Assembly (NCBI GenBank): GCA_043228905.1
Contig: JBHGNT010000008.1
Span: forward strand, 21,948,001 to 22,012,000
Direction of reading: 5' to 3'
Length of the DNA stretch: 64,000 nucleotides
Source of the DNA: Azolla caroliniana
Taxonomy: Eukaryota; Plantae; Polypodiophyta
This document shows positions 12,601 to 26,496 of this stretch, piece by piece (position 1 is the stretch's first letter; every line of letters starts with the position of its first letter). The translations under genes and the position numbers were made by a program. The notes beneath the pieces were generated by a model that was not told where the DNA came from, did not search any database, and saw nothing but the letters and a program-made list of their open reading frames with translations.

Positions 12601-15600
12601 GATGACATCCATCAAGACTGTGTTGAGCATTATGCAGTAGCCTGAAGGATTTGAGAAGGGAAAAGAAAACCCTTGAATGCCGGCTAAGGAAAAGCTTGTA
12701 TGGGCTGAAACAAGCTCCCTGACAATGTTACTAGAAGTTTAAATCTTTCATGATAGACCATAAATTCCACACAACACAAACTGACCACTGTGTTTTTGTG
12801 AAGAAGTATGATGGAGGAGATTTCTTAATCCTCCTATTGTATGTTGATGACATGCTCATTGTTAGACAGGACCTAAAGAAAATTGCGAGTTTGAAAAGGA
12901 CTTTGAGTAAGTCATTTGCAATGAAAGATATGGGTTCGGTAAAGCAAATACTAGGAAATGCACATAGTCCGGGACCAGACAAAGAACATGTTGTGGCTGT
13001 CACAAGAGAAATATGTGACAAAGGTGCTTTTGAGAGTCAACATGCAGAATGCCAAGCCGGTCGGCTCGACGTTGCCGACAAATTGAATGCCAGCCAATGT
13101 CTGAAGTCTGAAAGAAAGTAATATGGATGAGAGATTTCATGAGTTAGGAATGAAGCAAGATCAATTCATACTACATTGCGACAATCAAAGTGCCATTTAC
13201 CTTGCAAAGAATGCTGCCTATCACTCTCGGACAAAACATATCTAGAGGAGATATCATTGGTTATGAGAGAGAGTGGAAGAAAAGGAATTCGCTCTTGAAA
13301 AGATCCATACGGATGATAACGGATCGGACATGCTGACGAAGGCATTGACTATCGATTAGCTGAAAGTGTGCCTGTTGAAGGTTGGTTTGGTCGACTTTCC
13401 CATACAGGTGTGAAGGGGGAGCTTGTTGTGTAGAAGAGGTCAATCCTGATGGGAGGAGAGATTATCTGGCTAGGAGCCGGCTGTATACCGGCCAGTCCGG
13501 CTGTGAGCCGGACAAGTATGAGAGCCGGCTATCTTAGGAGCCGATTTGGCTGATCTGACCAGAGGCAAGGCGGCTGAAGCCGATTCATGCCTATATATAT
13601 AGAGAGAGAGAGAGCTAGGGCAACATATGTATGGCATTATTAGAGTTGTATGATTAGAGTGTAGCAAGGTGTGTGTGTGTGTTATTCTACTTCCTGCTCT
13701 CTCTTTGTATATCTGTCTGTTTGAGACGAAGATCAGACCAAGGTTGTGGTTTTGAGTCTTGTACACACTCTCATATAGTGATTCTGTTTGGAGTCTGTGG
13801 GCTCCCGTGGTTTTTCCCATTTAGGGTTTCCACGTTAAAACTGTGTGTCTGTGTCTTTGTTCTTTTATCTGTTTCGTTGTTACTTTCATTTCTGCTTGAT
13901 AGCCGGCTGTGGCCGGCTACATATTCACATCAAACTTTCTTTTTGTTTAATAATTCAGTTTCTCTTACAAGGGTCACTTGGTTTTATACTTTTATCTTCT
14001 GAAGCTGTGTGCTTATGTGCAGCCAGTACACAATCCTGATCCTGAAGATGAAAGTTTTATTGATTTGGTGGAAGATCTAATGGAGAAGGTCCAGGATGCT
14101 GAGAGAAGTAAGGAGGCTGTGATGCCATTATGCATATGAACCTCAAATTTTCATCTTTATTTTGTGTATTCTATTCCACACTAATGGCTTAGTTTGCTTT
14201 ATATACAAGACATTCTGATGCTCAATAGAGCACGAATAGAAAGCTTGGAGAACTTGGAGCAAATGCAGCGTGACAAGGATGACTTACAGTCTCAAGTCAC
14301 TGTCTTCCAACTGAAATTGGCAGAAGCAGAGACAAGGCTGAAAGCTACAGTTGAAGAGAAGTCTAAGCTAAAGTTACTTGAGCAGGAAATAGAGATCTTA
14401 AAGAAAAAATTATCGGAGGGGAACAAATTGCAAAATGCCTTTTTGCAACAGGATGTTGATTATATTGAGCTATCAAAGAATGTTGAAAAATTGCAGATAG
14501 AAGCTGGAAAATCAGATTATTTATCGAAGGAAATAGAGCGGTTAACGAAAGAGAATGAGATGCTACAAGGTAATATCAAGTCGTTACAAGACAAACTGGT
14601 TGACTCAAAAAGAAAAGATGAAGTGATTGCACAACTCAAGTCAGAGAAAGACTTCATGCAAAAGGCTCGCTCTGAAGCTGAGAGAAAATTGGCCCTCACT
14701 GAAATGGACACATTGGAATTGGCAAAATTAAAGTTAGAGAAGCAAGTTGTACGAGAAAATCTGCAGAAACTTGAGAAGAAAGGAAGGAATACATTGGGCA
14801 TAGATTCACGACAAGCTGGAGATGGGTCGGTTGATAGTCAGACAATGAAAGATAGACTTGAGGAATTGCAATCTCAGCTACCGAAATTTGAAGCAGAAAA
14901 TGAGCTTTTAAAACAAGTAAAGTCAGAAAATGAAGTTTTGCGGGGTCAAGTCATAATCCTCGAGCAGTGTCTGGCAGATTCAGATGCAGCTCTTAAGTCT
15001 CAGTTAGAGGCTTATCAGGCAGAAGTTGAGTCATTCCAAAATAGCATTGCGCAGTTGAAGGCAGAGAAAAGTGTTTCCCCTATAGTAGATGATATGCCTT
15101 GGGAATTTTGGAGCAATGTGCTTCTCTCCATCGATGGGTGGCTACTAGAAAAGAAACTTGTGTCTGAGGATGCAACTACACTAAGAGAACTAGCATGGCA
15201 AAGAGATGCTAGCATCAAGGACGTTTTCATTGCTAAAAAAGATTCTACAGATGATGATATTCTATTTGGTTTGGAGGAACTTTTGCGAAAAAAGAAGAGG
15301 TATTGAATAATTGTGTGTTTTGACTGCTTTTCCAATAACCAAATGTGATTGAGATGGATGTTCTTACCAATCACGCTTACCTATTGTGCTATTTCAGACC
15401 AGGAATGCATATCGTACATGTTGCAGCAGAGATGGCCCCGGTAGCAAAGGTGATAGAAACTTGTATTCTGTACATGTCTAAAGATGTTCCACTCAAAGTG
15501 ATCTGAGTGTGTTTGTGATCAATCTTTAGTTTGAATTGTTACTTTGATGGAAAAGGTGTATACATATATATTTAATGATGAAGTTTATAATTGTGAAAGG

Positions 15601-18600
15601 TTGGAGGTTTAGGAGATGTTGTGACTGGTTTGGGCAAGTCATTACAAAAGAAAGGTCACCTTGTTGAGGTTATCCTTCCAAAATATGATTGCATGGATTA
15701 TAGCAGAATAAAAAACCTCAAGGTAAAAGCAGTGTTTCCACATACGTTTCCTCATGGTTTGAATGTAAAAGCATAACTGTCTTCGACTTGCACGACAATT
15801 CCCTTTTCAGCTAAATATATATATATTGTTTTTTATGGATAGGTCATTAATATGGATTTAAACTCTTACTTCGAAGGACATACATACAAAAACAAAATTT
15901 GGACTGGCACTGTTGATGGTAGTGGGGCCTTCATGAAGTATCCATGAATATCTGACATCTGCAACTCTCAAATTTTATTGCATGTTGGCAGGATTACCTG
16001 TGTATTTCATTGAACCTTATCACCCAGCAAAATTATTCTGGAGAGGAACGGTGTATGGTGAGAATGACGACTTTGCAAGATTTACATACTTTTCTCGCGC
16101 GGCTCTTGAATTTGTCTTGCAAGCTACCAAGAAGCCAGATATCATTCATTGTCATGATTGGCACACTGCTGCTGTTGTGTGTAACAGTGACCCTACTCTT
16201 TTCTTTCAGATAATTAAATAATATAGTGATAAAGAAGTTTAAAACGTTGGATTCCTATTCTATAGGCTCCTTTATACTGGAACATATATGTACCCCAAGG
16301 ACTCAACTCAGCTAGGATTGCGTTTACATGCCATAACTTTGAGTACCAAGGCACAGAATTTCCTAGGTCTCTTGCTCATTGTGGTCTTGATCCTCAACAA
16401 CTACATAGACCTGACCGAATGCAGGACAACTTCTTGCATGACCGCATAAACCTACTGAAGGTGTGAGATTATGGATGATTGAAATTCAATAGAGAATCTA
16501 ATGTAGTACTAGGATCTTGAATCTCAATCTCTTGTTGGAATACAGGGGGCCATTGTTTTTTCAAACATAGTGACGACAGTGTCTCCAACATATGCACAAG
16601 AAGTGCAAACTGTAGAGGTACTTTGTTGACTTTAGGTTCCTTCCAGTATTGAGAGTACATTAATGTGAAAGTATTTAAAATATTATTGCAATGTTGAGTT
16701 GAATAACATTTGAACAAAAGAGAATTTTCTTTTGTTTCTGCAGGAGGGTAAAGGCCTACATTTGACACTTCGAGCTCACTCACATAAGTTTGTTGGGATA
16801 TTAAATGGCATTGATACAGAAGCATGGAATCCTGCATCTGACTTACTTATAGATCATCAATACAATGCTGAGGACATCGGTGGGAAGGAAGCTAATAAAA
16901 GATCTCTTAGAGCAACCCTTGGTCTTTCTGGGACAACTCTGGATTCAGAAAGGCCTATCGTAAGTTTATGTTTCCAAATACTAAGGTTTTTATGTTGCAC
17001 TCATTGCAATTTACATCGTTTTAGAAACTCTATTAGTTACAGCCTATGTTATGTGTTAATATAATGAAACTCCCTTGTGGCCTACTAAAATTACTCAGCA
17101 TGCCAATGACATTCAATTTCCTTATAATAATATGGTTAATGTTAGTTAGATCATTGTATATTCCTTTCTGATTCATCAAAGTGCTCACGTTGCATTTCCA
17201 GTGGTAGGGCATTGTTTATAACTAAATAAAATTGATGGACTTCTTAGTTTTTAAAGTCGTCTTGAAACTTTCATCTTCATTGATTCTCAGTTTAACACAG
17301 CTGGCTCTGTTTTGATTGGAGCAGAGCTGGAACTGTGCTAGAGCACGAGGGAAAATTTATAGTGTCCTAGTGACATATGCTATAGGATAGTGGTAGGGAG
17401 AACTGTCATGGGTTGGAGCATTTTATAGAGTCAAAATAATTCTTGACCATTTGAGAAAGAAAGAAGAAATGGAAAGAAAAGAAAAGAAAAGAAGCATAAT
17501 ATATCTAAGAAATGTTTAAAACAAATTGCTAATGTATTTGAGATAAAACAAATGTGCAGGTCGGATGTATAACAAGGTTGGTTCCACAGAAAGGTGTGCA
17601 TTTGATTCGTCATGCTATATATAGAACACTCGAACAAGGTGGCCAATTTGTTCTTCTGGGATCAAGCCCCATCCAGCATATTCAGGTTAACTATCCAAGC
17701 TTGTATCACTAGGTTTTTCCAGAATTAACCCAGTAATTTTTATGGCTTTTTGCCTTGATAAAAGTGGCTGTTTTACTCTTGAAGGCAATACATAGTTAAG
17801 CCCGGGTGGGGGTAAGTGTCTATCTGATATTTTGTCCCTACTAATCCCCAACACAACTAGCTCATATATGCCTTCATGTTGTTGTCCCGAGTCCATCCTT
17901 CTTTTATGATTCTTCTGAATCTTGATCAGCATAGATTTCTTTTCACAGAGTGAATTTGAAGCAATTTCTCAGCAATTCAGCAATCACCCCCATGTTAGGT
18001 TGATATTGAAGTATGACGAGAGTCTCTCTCATTTAATATATGCTGGGGCAGATATTTTCATAGTCCCTTCCATTTTTGAACCTTGTGGTTTGACACAGGT
18101 CGGTAACATTACCTTTCTTTCATTCCCTGTATTATTTTTGTCGGACTTTTCTAAAGAGAACTTGGACTTGTGTTAGATGATTGCCATGCGTTATGGTGCC
18201 ATACCTGTGGCCCGACGTACGGGTGGATTAAATGACAGGTATCTCCAATTTCTATTCTTGTTATATTTGTAAATGCTATTGCACATTCCTCTGTTTTAGA
18301 TTTAAGCATAATGTCACATAGCCATGTGACTTGTCACATAGTCTCCGATATCTGTAAGTGTTGTCATGTATCATTAGCATTCATAAATTTACTTAGTGTT
18401 TTATTTAGATTTATCATTTCACAGAATCTATGTATGTGTTGTGTCCATGCAGTGTGTTTGATGTGGATGATGAAATGATTCCATGGCAGAGGAGAAATGG
18501 GTTCACTTTCCTGGGTACAACTGAGCTGGTAAATATTTATTCTTTCAGATTATATATGCATAGGCATCCAAAGCCATGGACATTAAACCTTACAAAATAA

Positions 18601-18797
18601 TGAATACTGCTTTGTCACAGGATCTGAACTCTGCCTTAGATCGTGCTTTGAATTACTATGTGGAAAGGCGGCTTTGGTGGCAGGAACTTGTTAGAAAGGC
18701 AATGCAGATAGACCTTAGCTGGAATACATCATCTGATCAGTATGCTGAACTATATGAGAAAGCTATTACAAGAGCAAGAAGATCAGCTTCTTCATAG
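6416..18797 (+). CDS. SS4: Plastid starch synthase 4 (GT5); exons 6416-6576, 8006-8279, 14023-14107, 14210-15299, 15398-15449, 15600-15722, 15843-15918, 15992-16176, 16266-16460, 16546-16617, 16744-16959, 17560-17685, 17949-18098, 18177-18238, 18453-18528, 18621-18797
   Basis: Long coiled-coil N-terminus (AERNILMLNRAR; DMPWEFWSNVLLSIDGW), then AAEMAPVAKVGGLGDV, HCHDWHT, CHNFEYQG, ILNGID, RLVPQKG, PSIFEPCGLTQMIAMRYG and RRTGGL. All 16 exons join in phase with GT-AG introns. Exon 1 (transit-peptide-like) is the least certain. Confidence 0.93.
10400..10810 (-). mobile_element. Penelope-like element reverse transcriptase fragment
   Basis: YFLPKLHKTPVVGRPI ... HLEDSPSLV ... LFTFDVKSLYPNIP matches the PLE RT pattern (LPKxHK..RPI; xDVxSLYxNIP). 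Confidence 0.75.
10811..10876 (-). mobile_element. 66-bp fragment of the RTE-X-like LINE family found at 35.7-41 kb
   Basis: The reverse complement matches 38257-38322 with 3 transition mismatches (RRAWEASQYWELYHMLMSSD). Confidence 0.9.
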
Positions 18798-21700
18798 ATC
18801 ATTTTTTTAAAATGGATGGGGGCAGTGGAGAGATTTGAACTCCAACATGTTGTTGCAAGGCAAGGGTCTGAACTATGCCAAATCCCCTTGCTTTTTATTG
18901 AATCTTGATTTATGTATGATGACCCTGTCCGAAATATCAGAAATGCTCGAGAGACCAAAGCCCTGAATCACCATTTTGGATTTTCTACATAATGGTATAT
19001 ATGACTGGCTTTGAGTTCAAGGTTTGTGAGAAGGCTCATTGGATTGGATGCTCTTCATAGAAGAAATTGTCAGTATCGACACGTCACACGGGTGAAATTA
19101 AAGATGAAATGATAAATAGGCAGGCAGCATCATAAGGTATGTGGGACTGGACTGCTGATGCTCTCTTTTGCAATGATCGCAATGAATCATTTGAGGTCCC
19201 CTGAGGATATAATTGATTGATGGACCTCAATATCCAGTCAACAAGCTCAATGAAGACATTTGCTTTTCTAAATGTACAATCATCACAATCAAGGAAATAT
19301 CAGAAGTATTTACAAGAAGATCGATGTGGGCATCCTATTTATTGATCAATGTAATTAATCGGGATTCTGTACAGTATTTAATGCTTGTGGGTGATCCCTT
19401 TGAACATCTTAATAAGATATGGGATGGAATTGTCACATCTTATGTAACGTTTGGTTTTGTTTTTGGAGATTTCTCATCCGAATAATATGTATGCCAATTT
19501 TCTTATTGTTAAGATTAATGTCTACTAGAGGCCAAAATCGGCCCATGAGTCAAATCATGATTACGATTATGGGTAAATTCATGTCATCCATACTAAAACA
19601 AAAATAAAAGCTCTAGATATACTTAAGCTCCATGATAATCATTTTAATGCATGTGGTGGAATGTTTTTGAGATGGTTCAGGGGAATGAAGTGTGTATCTA
19701 ATATCTATGAGAGTAGAGTGGTGTTTGAACATTTGTATGCAAGGTTGGTTGGTGTAGTGAAATGATGCCATGGACAAATTAAGAAGTGCATCAGAGTGTC
19801 CATGGGGGATTGTACATGAAGAGCAATGATCTCCATGATTTGGCATTCATTTTCTCACTCTATGGCTACTCCTTACACGTTGTTCGTGGAAGTAAGGAAC
19901 TATGAAAGAACTCCAGAGGCAAAGGCAAGAAGATACAACCCCTCCAGCAATTCTCGCCAAGTAGTCATGAGTGAGTACTAAGCTAGAGGTTGGAGCTGAC
20001 CAACAACTGCTCTTCTCTCTGTCTCTCATTCTATCCCTATCTTAGGTCCAGCTTTAGGCCAGGCTTCGGCCTAATCAGGACGAGGGACCTGGAGCCGGAG
20101 CCATCTTTCTTCTCGGACAAGTGTTGGGTTTCCCGATAATGCAGGTTTTGAGTCCCATTATTTGTAATTCTCCACCTCGACACAGAACATGCTCTGTCAG
20201 GCTCGTATATCGCAGCCGAATCTCTGTTTCAGTAAGTTTCAGAGTGATTTTGGTGATGGGGAGTAGGATCCTTTGGAATTTCATCACCTATGAAAATAAG
20301 ATTTTTGTGTGTAGATTTTCGCAATACTTGAGAAGATACAAATTATAAATCGAGAGAAACAAACCACTTTCTTGATTACATTCTCTGTCAAATATTTGTT
20401 TTTTTTTATACATAATGATAAGTTTTCTCACAACTTCAGTGAAACCATAAATTGAAACCAGATTACAACTGAGAGTTTTGTTTATATTGTTTACATGTAT
20501 GAGAAGCAAAGAGGATGTAATAGCAAAATAGAGACTATCAGAGAGAGATTCTTGGGTTTTGGCGCTAACCACATTACCTTTTGTTTTTGTAGGTCTCCTA
20601 TGCGTCCTTGTGATTTGCTACCCCATGTCAAACTGAATTGCGATAGAGCTTCGGCCTAGAATACTAAAATGAACCCCCTTGCCAATGAACTCACTATTAT
20701 TGGGGTTGGGAGGGCCCTTATAATAATAGCATGACTCACACTACCTGTCCTTGACACTCAAGTTTCACAAAAGTGTGTTCCTTGTTTCATTTTATCACAT
20801 TCCTCATCCTTGTATAATTTGCATGTAAACTATAGTTTCCCACTTCTTTTGCCAAAATGGGTTCCGAACCAATAGAGTTGTGGAATTAGTCAATTCCATA
20901 TTGAGAAGCTACAATTGACAGCAAGGATCTGAGTGTTTACTCTTACCAATCGATTTATATCTTTTCGTTATTTCAGTCTTCATCCATACTAAACTCTTCC
21001 TCACTACTTGTTTGACCATAACCTTAACTTATATTAATCTAAAGTGTATACAAAAAGTCACAACAAAGGAATAGATGGATCCAATAGGAAAAAATGTACT
21101 ATAGAAATTAAGAAATCTCCATAGATAATGTGTATCTTTAACATGCATTGAACATACGTGATATAGAAGGTCACAAATACAAAATTAATCATTTATGAAG
21201 ATTTCGATTCCTCTCCTTTATGTGTGTATGTCTAAAACTTTCATAGCCTCGGTCGTCAATGATCACCTTGGGTATGTGGGGTGTGTGTGTGTGTGTGTGT
21301 GTGCGCGTGTGTGTTGGGTTGTGTTTAGAGATGGTGCACAAATTACAAGGGATGTGGTACTTACTAAATCACCAAGCCATTTCTCTTGGTTTAGTGGTAG
21401 CCTTGGTACTAGATTGCACAAAATAAAATACAGGTTTAGAACAAGGGGACTTTGGCCCCTACATGTTACAACCAATACAATGCACTTAACCTTTTTCTAT
21501 GTCGATTTTGTTTGTTCATTTCTAAGTAGTCATGCTACTAGATTAAAAATTTGGTTAACTTTTGATCAAATGGAAGCAATAGTTGGACCTTTTTCAATAC
21601 TTAGTTCATTAAATTATAATTTTATTATTACATTGGAGATTTAGTAAACTTTTAATTGAGCCCCTATGCCCATCAATGTATGGGGTAAAGTAGTATTGTT

Positions 21701-24667
21701 CAAAGATTCAAGATTATTTTGTTTTTACTTTCTTCATCATGCGATATATTTTTGATTTGTTTGAATAGAAAAAACAACTCTCAAATGTGGATCAAGTTAC
21801 ACATATATTGTTATATTTAGTTTGAAATTTTCTTCTTGTTATGGCATTTCAAAAGCTCACTTGTAGAGTCAGAAGGGATGTTTCATCATGAATCACATCC
21901 ATTGTTATCACATTTATGAAATATATTTTGATTTGTATGGTTTAGGGCTTAGAATGAACCATATGTACCATACGTGCATTCACATCCAATAATGTTTCAA
22001 TCATTCGAGTATGGTAAACACCCTCGAAGTATGGTAAATACCATACTTCTGTATTCATTATTTATTATAAGGTAAAAAAAAATTATGGTAAGAAAGTTAA
22101 GGTAAAAAGTGTAAAAATAAAACATAAGAATGTTTTGATAACATACACATTGGTTTGCATTCAAGTATATGACATACTACATTTTAGGGTTTAGAAAGTA
22201 CAAATATTTGTTATATTTAGTTTGAAAATTTTCATCCTGATATGGCATTTAGAAAGCTCACATGTAGAGAGACAAAAGGAATGTTTAATCTCCTCGTAAC
22301 TTATAATTACTGGTTCATATTATAAATTGCATATGTATATTCTATCTGTTCAAATTTGAATTTTCACTAGCAACTAGAGTGCGGTCTTTGGATAAAGCAA
22401 TGTCTGTATGCACACATATGAGTGGATTGGGATGAGAAAGCTAATGTTTGAAGAATAAAAAGTTGGTGTGTGCTCATAATTTAAGGTCAATGTATGCATT
22501 GCTTGTATTTAATATTGGCACATTTTGACTTTTTGTTTGTTCTTATGTTTGTGTATTGTTTAAAACTGTAAAATTCAATGCGCATAAGAGAAGTCATTCT
22601 AGAGTCAAAATCCAACTGGTTTTGCATACTACTTACTGGAACAATGTTAGGATACCTTAGTTGCAACTATCAATTGTATGGGTAATAGCATGTAGTGGAG
22701 GATAAAGAAGTTTTGAAGAAGTTATGTTTTTGGAGGTCCATTTGTTCTAGGGAGCTTTCCTTCGACTGTGTTTAGAAGTTACCCATAGGATAAGTAAGAT
22801 TCCCTATTAGTTTATATTTACTAGGTTGTCTTAACCTACAATTGTTTCATGGGACAAATATTTGCTACATTCTAAATATTTTGTTAATGATCCAAAAACA
22901 CTTATAAGAAGTTTTATAAATCCACATAATATTATAGAAAATGCAATGTAATAAAATTTTCCATAGGATGCAAAAAACAAATGCAACAATTACACAATAA
23001 AACCACATCATTATAGAAAAGATAATGTAACACATAAACAAACAAAATGTTACAGAAAAGATTGCATTGCTACGCATATCAAGTTGTCAATGATGAAATT
23101 CTTCATATCCTTCAAACCTTGAAATTGTTCTATCCGCACAACCTCCCTAAAATTAGTCCTCATTTGGTGCAGTGATGGTCACAAAAAATAACTTTTAGGA
23201 GAGAGTTGACTTTGATTTGATTTTATAAACAAATGGTTGTGGTTCCAATGTTTTCTATGGAAATGGAAAATATTGCTCCTATTTAATCACAATTACACCA
23301 ATCTTTGTGATTCGTGCATGGTTTTTATATGTGAGACAATTTCCCATCCTCATAATAAAAGATTGTCTTGATTAATCAATGCGCATTGAATCCTTCCCAT
23401 GATTGCTCTCTTATGTGCACATCTAACTTGTCTAGAATTTTATTAGTGCTTTAGGAGAAAAGAACTTTGCAACAAATGATCACATAATGAAGTAATCAAA
23501 CTCTTTTATGGCTTTGACATAAATGGATCATGTGAACATTTCCAATGTCATACTTTTCATTCATATTGGAAATGGATCTATGATGTCATGGTGTAGTCTA
23601 TTCACGAAATCCATTTACAAATGCATACCGTAAGTGAAATGGAATAACTAGGATATGCCAAAACTCTGGACATTGAGCAGAGAATTTGTGAAGGTGGATA
23701 GAGACTCATACAACTTTTAGGAAGTGGAAAGAACAAATGCTTAGCATTTCTATTTAACTAGCATTTAAGTTATGTTGTGTGGAAAAAACTAGCACCGTAC
23801 AACAATATTTTTAATACACACGGATCCGTTGTCAAACCAACATCACCCATGGATGGAAATTTCACAGTCACTTCGTTCAATGAGATGTCTCTTTACATGT
23901 AAGAGGATGGGCTCAAACACCCCAAAGCTACATAGGTTATTACTAGATCGTTGACACTGTGCAAAAGCATTACTCGCAAACTCATTGTTGATATGAATAA
24001 GGGAAAATTTGCCATCTCATCTATGTAGTTGTAAATCGTGCAAAGTCAATCAATGATAGATGGATAGTGATGAATAAATCAAGATACATTGATTGCATGT
24101 ATTCTTTGATTATTTCTCTCTATTTGGGCATGGGTATAATCAAACGAACGAGAATTGGGTTTGATTTTGTCTAATGTGTGCATGTTTTGGTGGGTCCTTA
24201 ACTTGAAGTTGTGAGATGCCACAAGTGGGTGCACTTCTTTAACTCTATTTGAAGGTCATGAAGGAAAAACATTAAATTCCCGAGGCTGTGATATGAAGTG
24301 TGTAGGCCCCCCCTTTTCGAAACTCGTGAACGACAATAATGTTTTCATTTCCATAACACGTTTTTTGATTGACATCTTTTAAATATATAAAAAAGGAATC
24401 AGATATTGGGTGATTGAGAGAGAGTGAGAGACCATTATGAATAATAGAGAGTGAACCCCCTAGTGTTGACTTATGAAGGAACCAAGACAAATACATGTTG
24501 GACAGAGTGGACATTCAAACTACTAGAACCCCCCCTCCCCCACCACACCATGCTTTCTATCTTCTCTATACACAAACTCAATGAATTATGAAGGTTGGGG
24601 AAGGAAAGAACAAACTTTACATTCACAAGCATCTCGTGATCGGATCGGATCGGATCGAGACTAAAAA

Positions 24668-26496
24668 ATGGGTTCGACATTGCAACACTTCATCGCGGAC
24701 ACTTTCGAGACGCGGCCGCGTGCCAAGGCCCAGCCGGAGACGTTCGAGGTCGTGCACGGCCGCCGGTTCCTAAAAGTGACCTTGGGCGGCGGGATTGGCG
24801 CGGGCGGGATCGCGCCCACCCGCGTGTGGGTGAAGGCCTCGTGCCTAGCGGCGAACCGCGGGGATGTGATCCTCGAGCGGGATGCGGATGCCCCCCAGTC
24901 GGACCTCATGTTGGCCTCCTCCGCCACCGGGACCCACCTCTTCCTCTCCTCTGAGAGATGCCATGTCGTACTCCTCCGCCTCGAACGGCCCGGCCCCGAA
25001 CCCGGCCCCGGCTACACCGATGCGTTCTTCGTGAACATGGCCGCGCTTCTCGCGTTCGAGCCCACGGTGCGCCACACCGTCAATCAGGTCCCGGTCAATC
25101 GAGTAGGCGGCAGCATCATGGACACCGTCAATGTCGCGTTCCTCCAAGGGTTCGGCTATGTGGCCTTGCTAGCCCAAGGGCCACCGATGACCGTGGCCAT
25201 CGACCCCGGCCTCCCACCTCTATGCTCCAATCCTCAAGCCACCATTGGTTGGTCCTCCAATGTAGTCTTCCCACACCTCGCTCCGAAGCCTGGGTTCTTA
25301 GAAGCCGAGGCGAATACTAGGAAGGTAATTTTCGTGTCCTCGCCCCGTGTTCAAGATATTTCTGCGTATTCAATGATGATGATCGTTGGTTTCTCCTATA
25401 TTGGGTATCTTTATGAAATTGTTTTATTGTGAAGCTATTATGTTCGCCACTAAAAAAAAGAAGAAGATCGGGTTCGATTTGAAGGATGTTTAGATCCCAT
25501 CTCAAGAGCGACCATATGGTTCAAGGATGTTTAGATCCCATCTCATCGACTGCCTCGTGATTAAAAATCTGGCGGCATCATGATTGAAGTAGATCGAAAC
25601 ATCCATTCAATATTCTATCCCTAGATGGGTTGATATAGTTCCAATGTAGCTATTGTTACTTGGCCTTCTCCCATTTCATTGTCACTATGATTGCATAGTT
25701 CATTATGTTTTCTCATGATGCACATACCTTCCTCATCTCTATAGCTCCAATGTTTTTAACATAAATCTAGTCTAGTTCATAGTGTGGGCTTGTATGGTTG
25801 AGTGGACAATTTTTAGAGCCATGATCATAGTTTATGATCAATACGGACTTAGGAAATGCCCATCATAGTTATCTTCTACTTCGGTTTAAGGGATGTACCT
25901 TGGATATTGTTTAAGAAGGTCTCTTGGTGTTGTGTATGCTACAACACCTTGCATTGAGTGGTAAAGGGCTCCTAGGGCTCCACGTGCCCTAAAGTCCTCC
26001 AATATTGTGTGAAGCCTCTCAACCCTAAGTTATGCATATGCTTTTGGCCTCTCATGGTATGTGAAGATATTATAGAAAACCCAACTGCTATAGAGTGAGT
26101 GAGCTATGAAAACACCCAAGTTTGTTCTTTCCTTAGAAATGACAAGTCTTGTTGTTGTAAGATACTAATGACAACGTGGTCCTTAAAATGTAAGAACATT
26201 ATCAAAGCCATTGATCTATGACCAAACTTTAGCTCTTACAAGCAATCCTAAGATGTAACTATAAGTGCACATTATTGATATGTGGTATTTTGGCTTTATG
26301 AAAACAGGTATCATCAGATGATACATTTCAATTGAACTTCTCGCACACTTCAGATAATGCTCGAGGCTATGTCATCCTCCAACCTGTTGAAGAGACCACT
26401 CGGAACATCCTTCCTGCTATCCTCAAAGGGTTAAGATTTGCAAGTTGTATCATCTTCCGAATATTGAGATGTGTTGCAGCACCCGGAGTTCCGTAA
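24668..26496 (+). CDS. AIM24-family protein, copy A; exons 24668-25324 and 26308-26496
   Basis: Motifs FEVV..RFLKVTL, VWVKASCLAANRG, FFVNMAALLAFEPTV, GFGYVAL and NPQATIGWS. A phase-0 GT-AG intron joins to VSSDDTFQLNF...GYVILQPVEE, completing the AIM24 C-terminus (bacterial pattern from memory: GExxQxxFxGxGxVxxQPxE). Confidence 0.8.

Larger units (their letters stand above)
8779..13921 (+). mobile_element. Rearranged, decayed Ty1/Copia (Tnt1/Tork-like) element within SS4 intron 2; LTRs 8779-9284 and 13424-13921
   Basis: Two similar ~500-bp TG...CA repeats, with a PPT (tgaagggggag) before the second. Fragments include CIDCLAGKQNR, LELVHTDVC, LRVFGCLAYVH, LLLYVDDML and LHCDNQSAI...HSRTKHI, with stops and deletions. 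No gag, PBS or matching TSD. Confidence 0.9.

Noticed and set aside
19850-24200. Possible decayed TE sequence, including a dispersed ~65-bp repeat at ~21805 and ~22207
   Set aside because: No diagnostic motif, termini or TSD could be established.
25325-25432. Hydrophobic C-terminus of the 254-aa unspliced ORF
   Set aside because: It lies past the GT donor shared with copy B. The true C-terminus is in exon 26308-26496.
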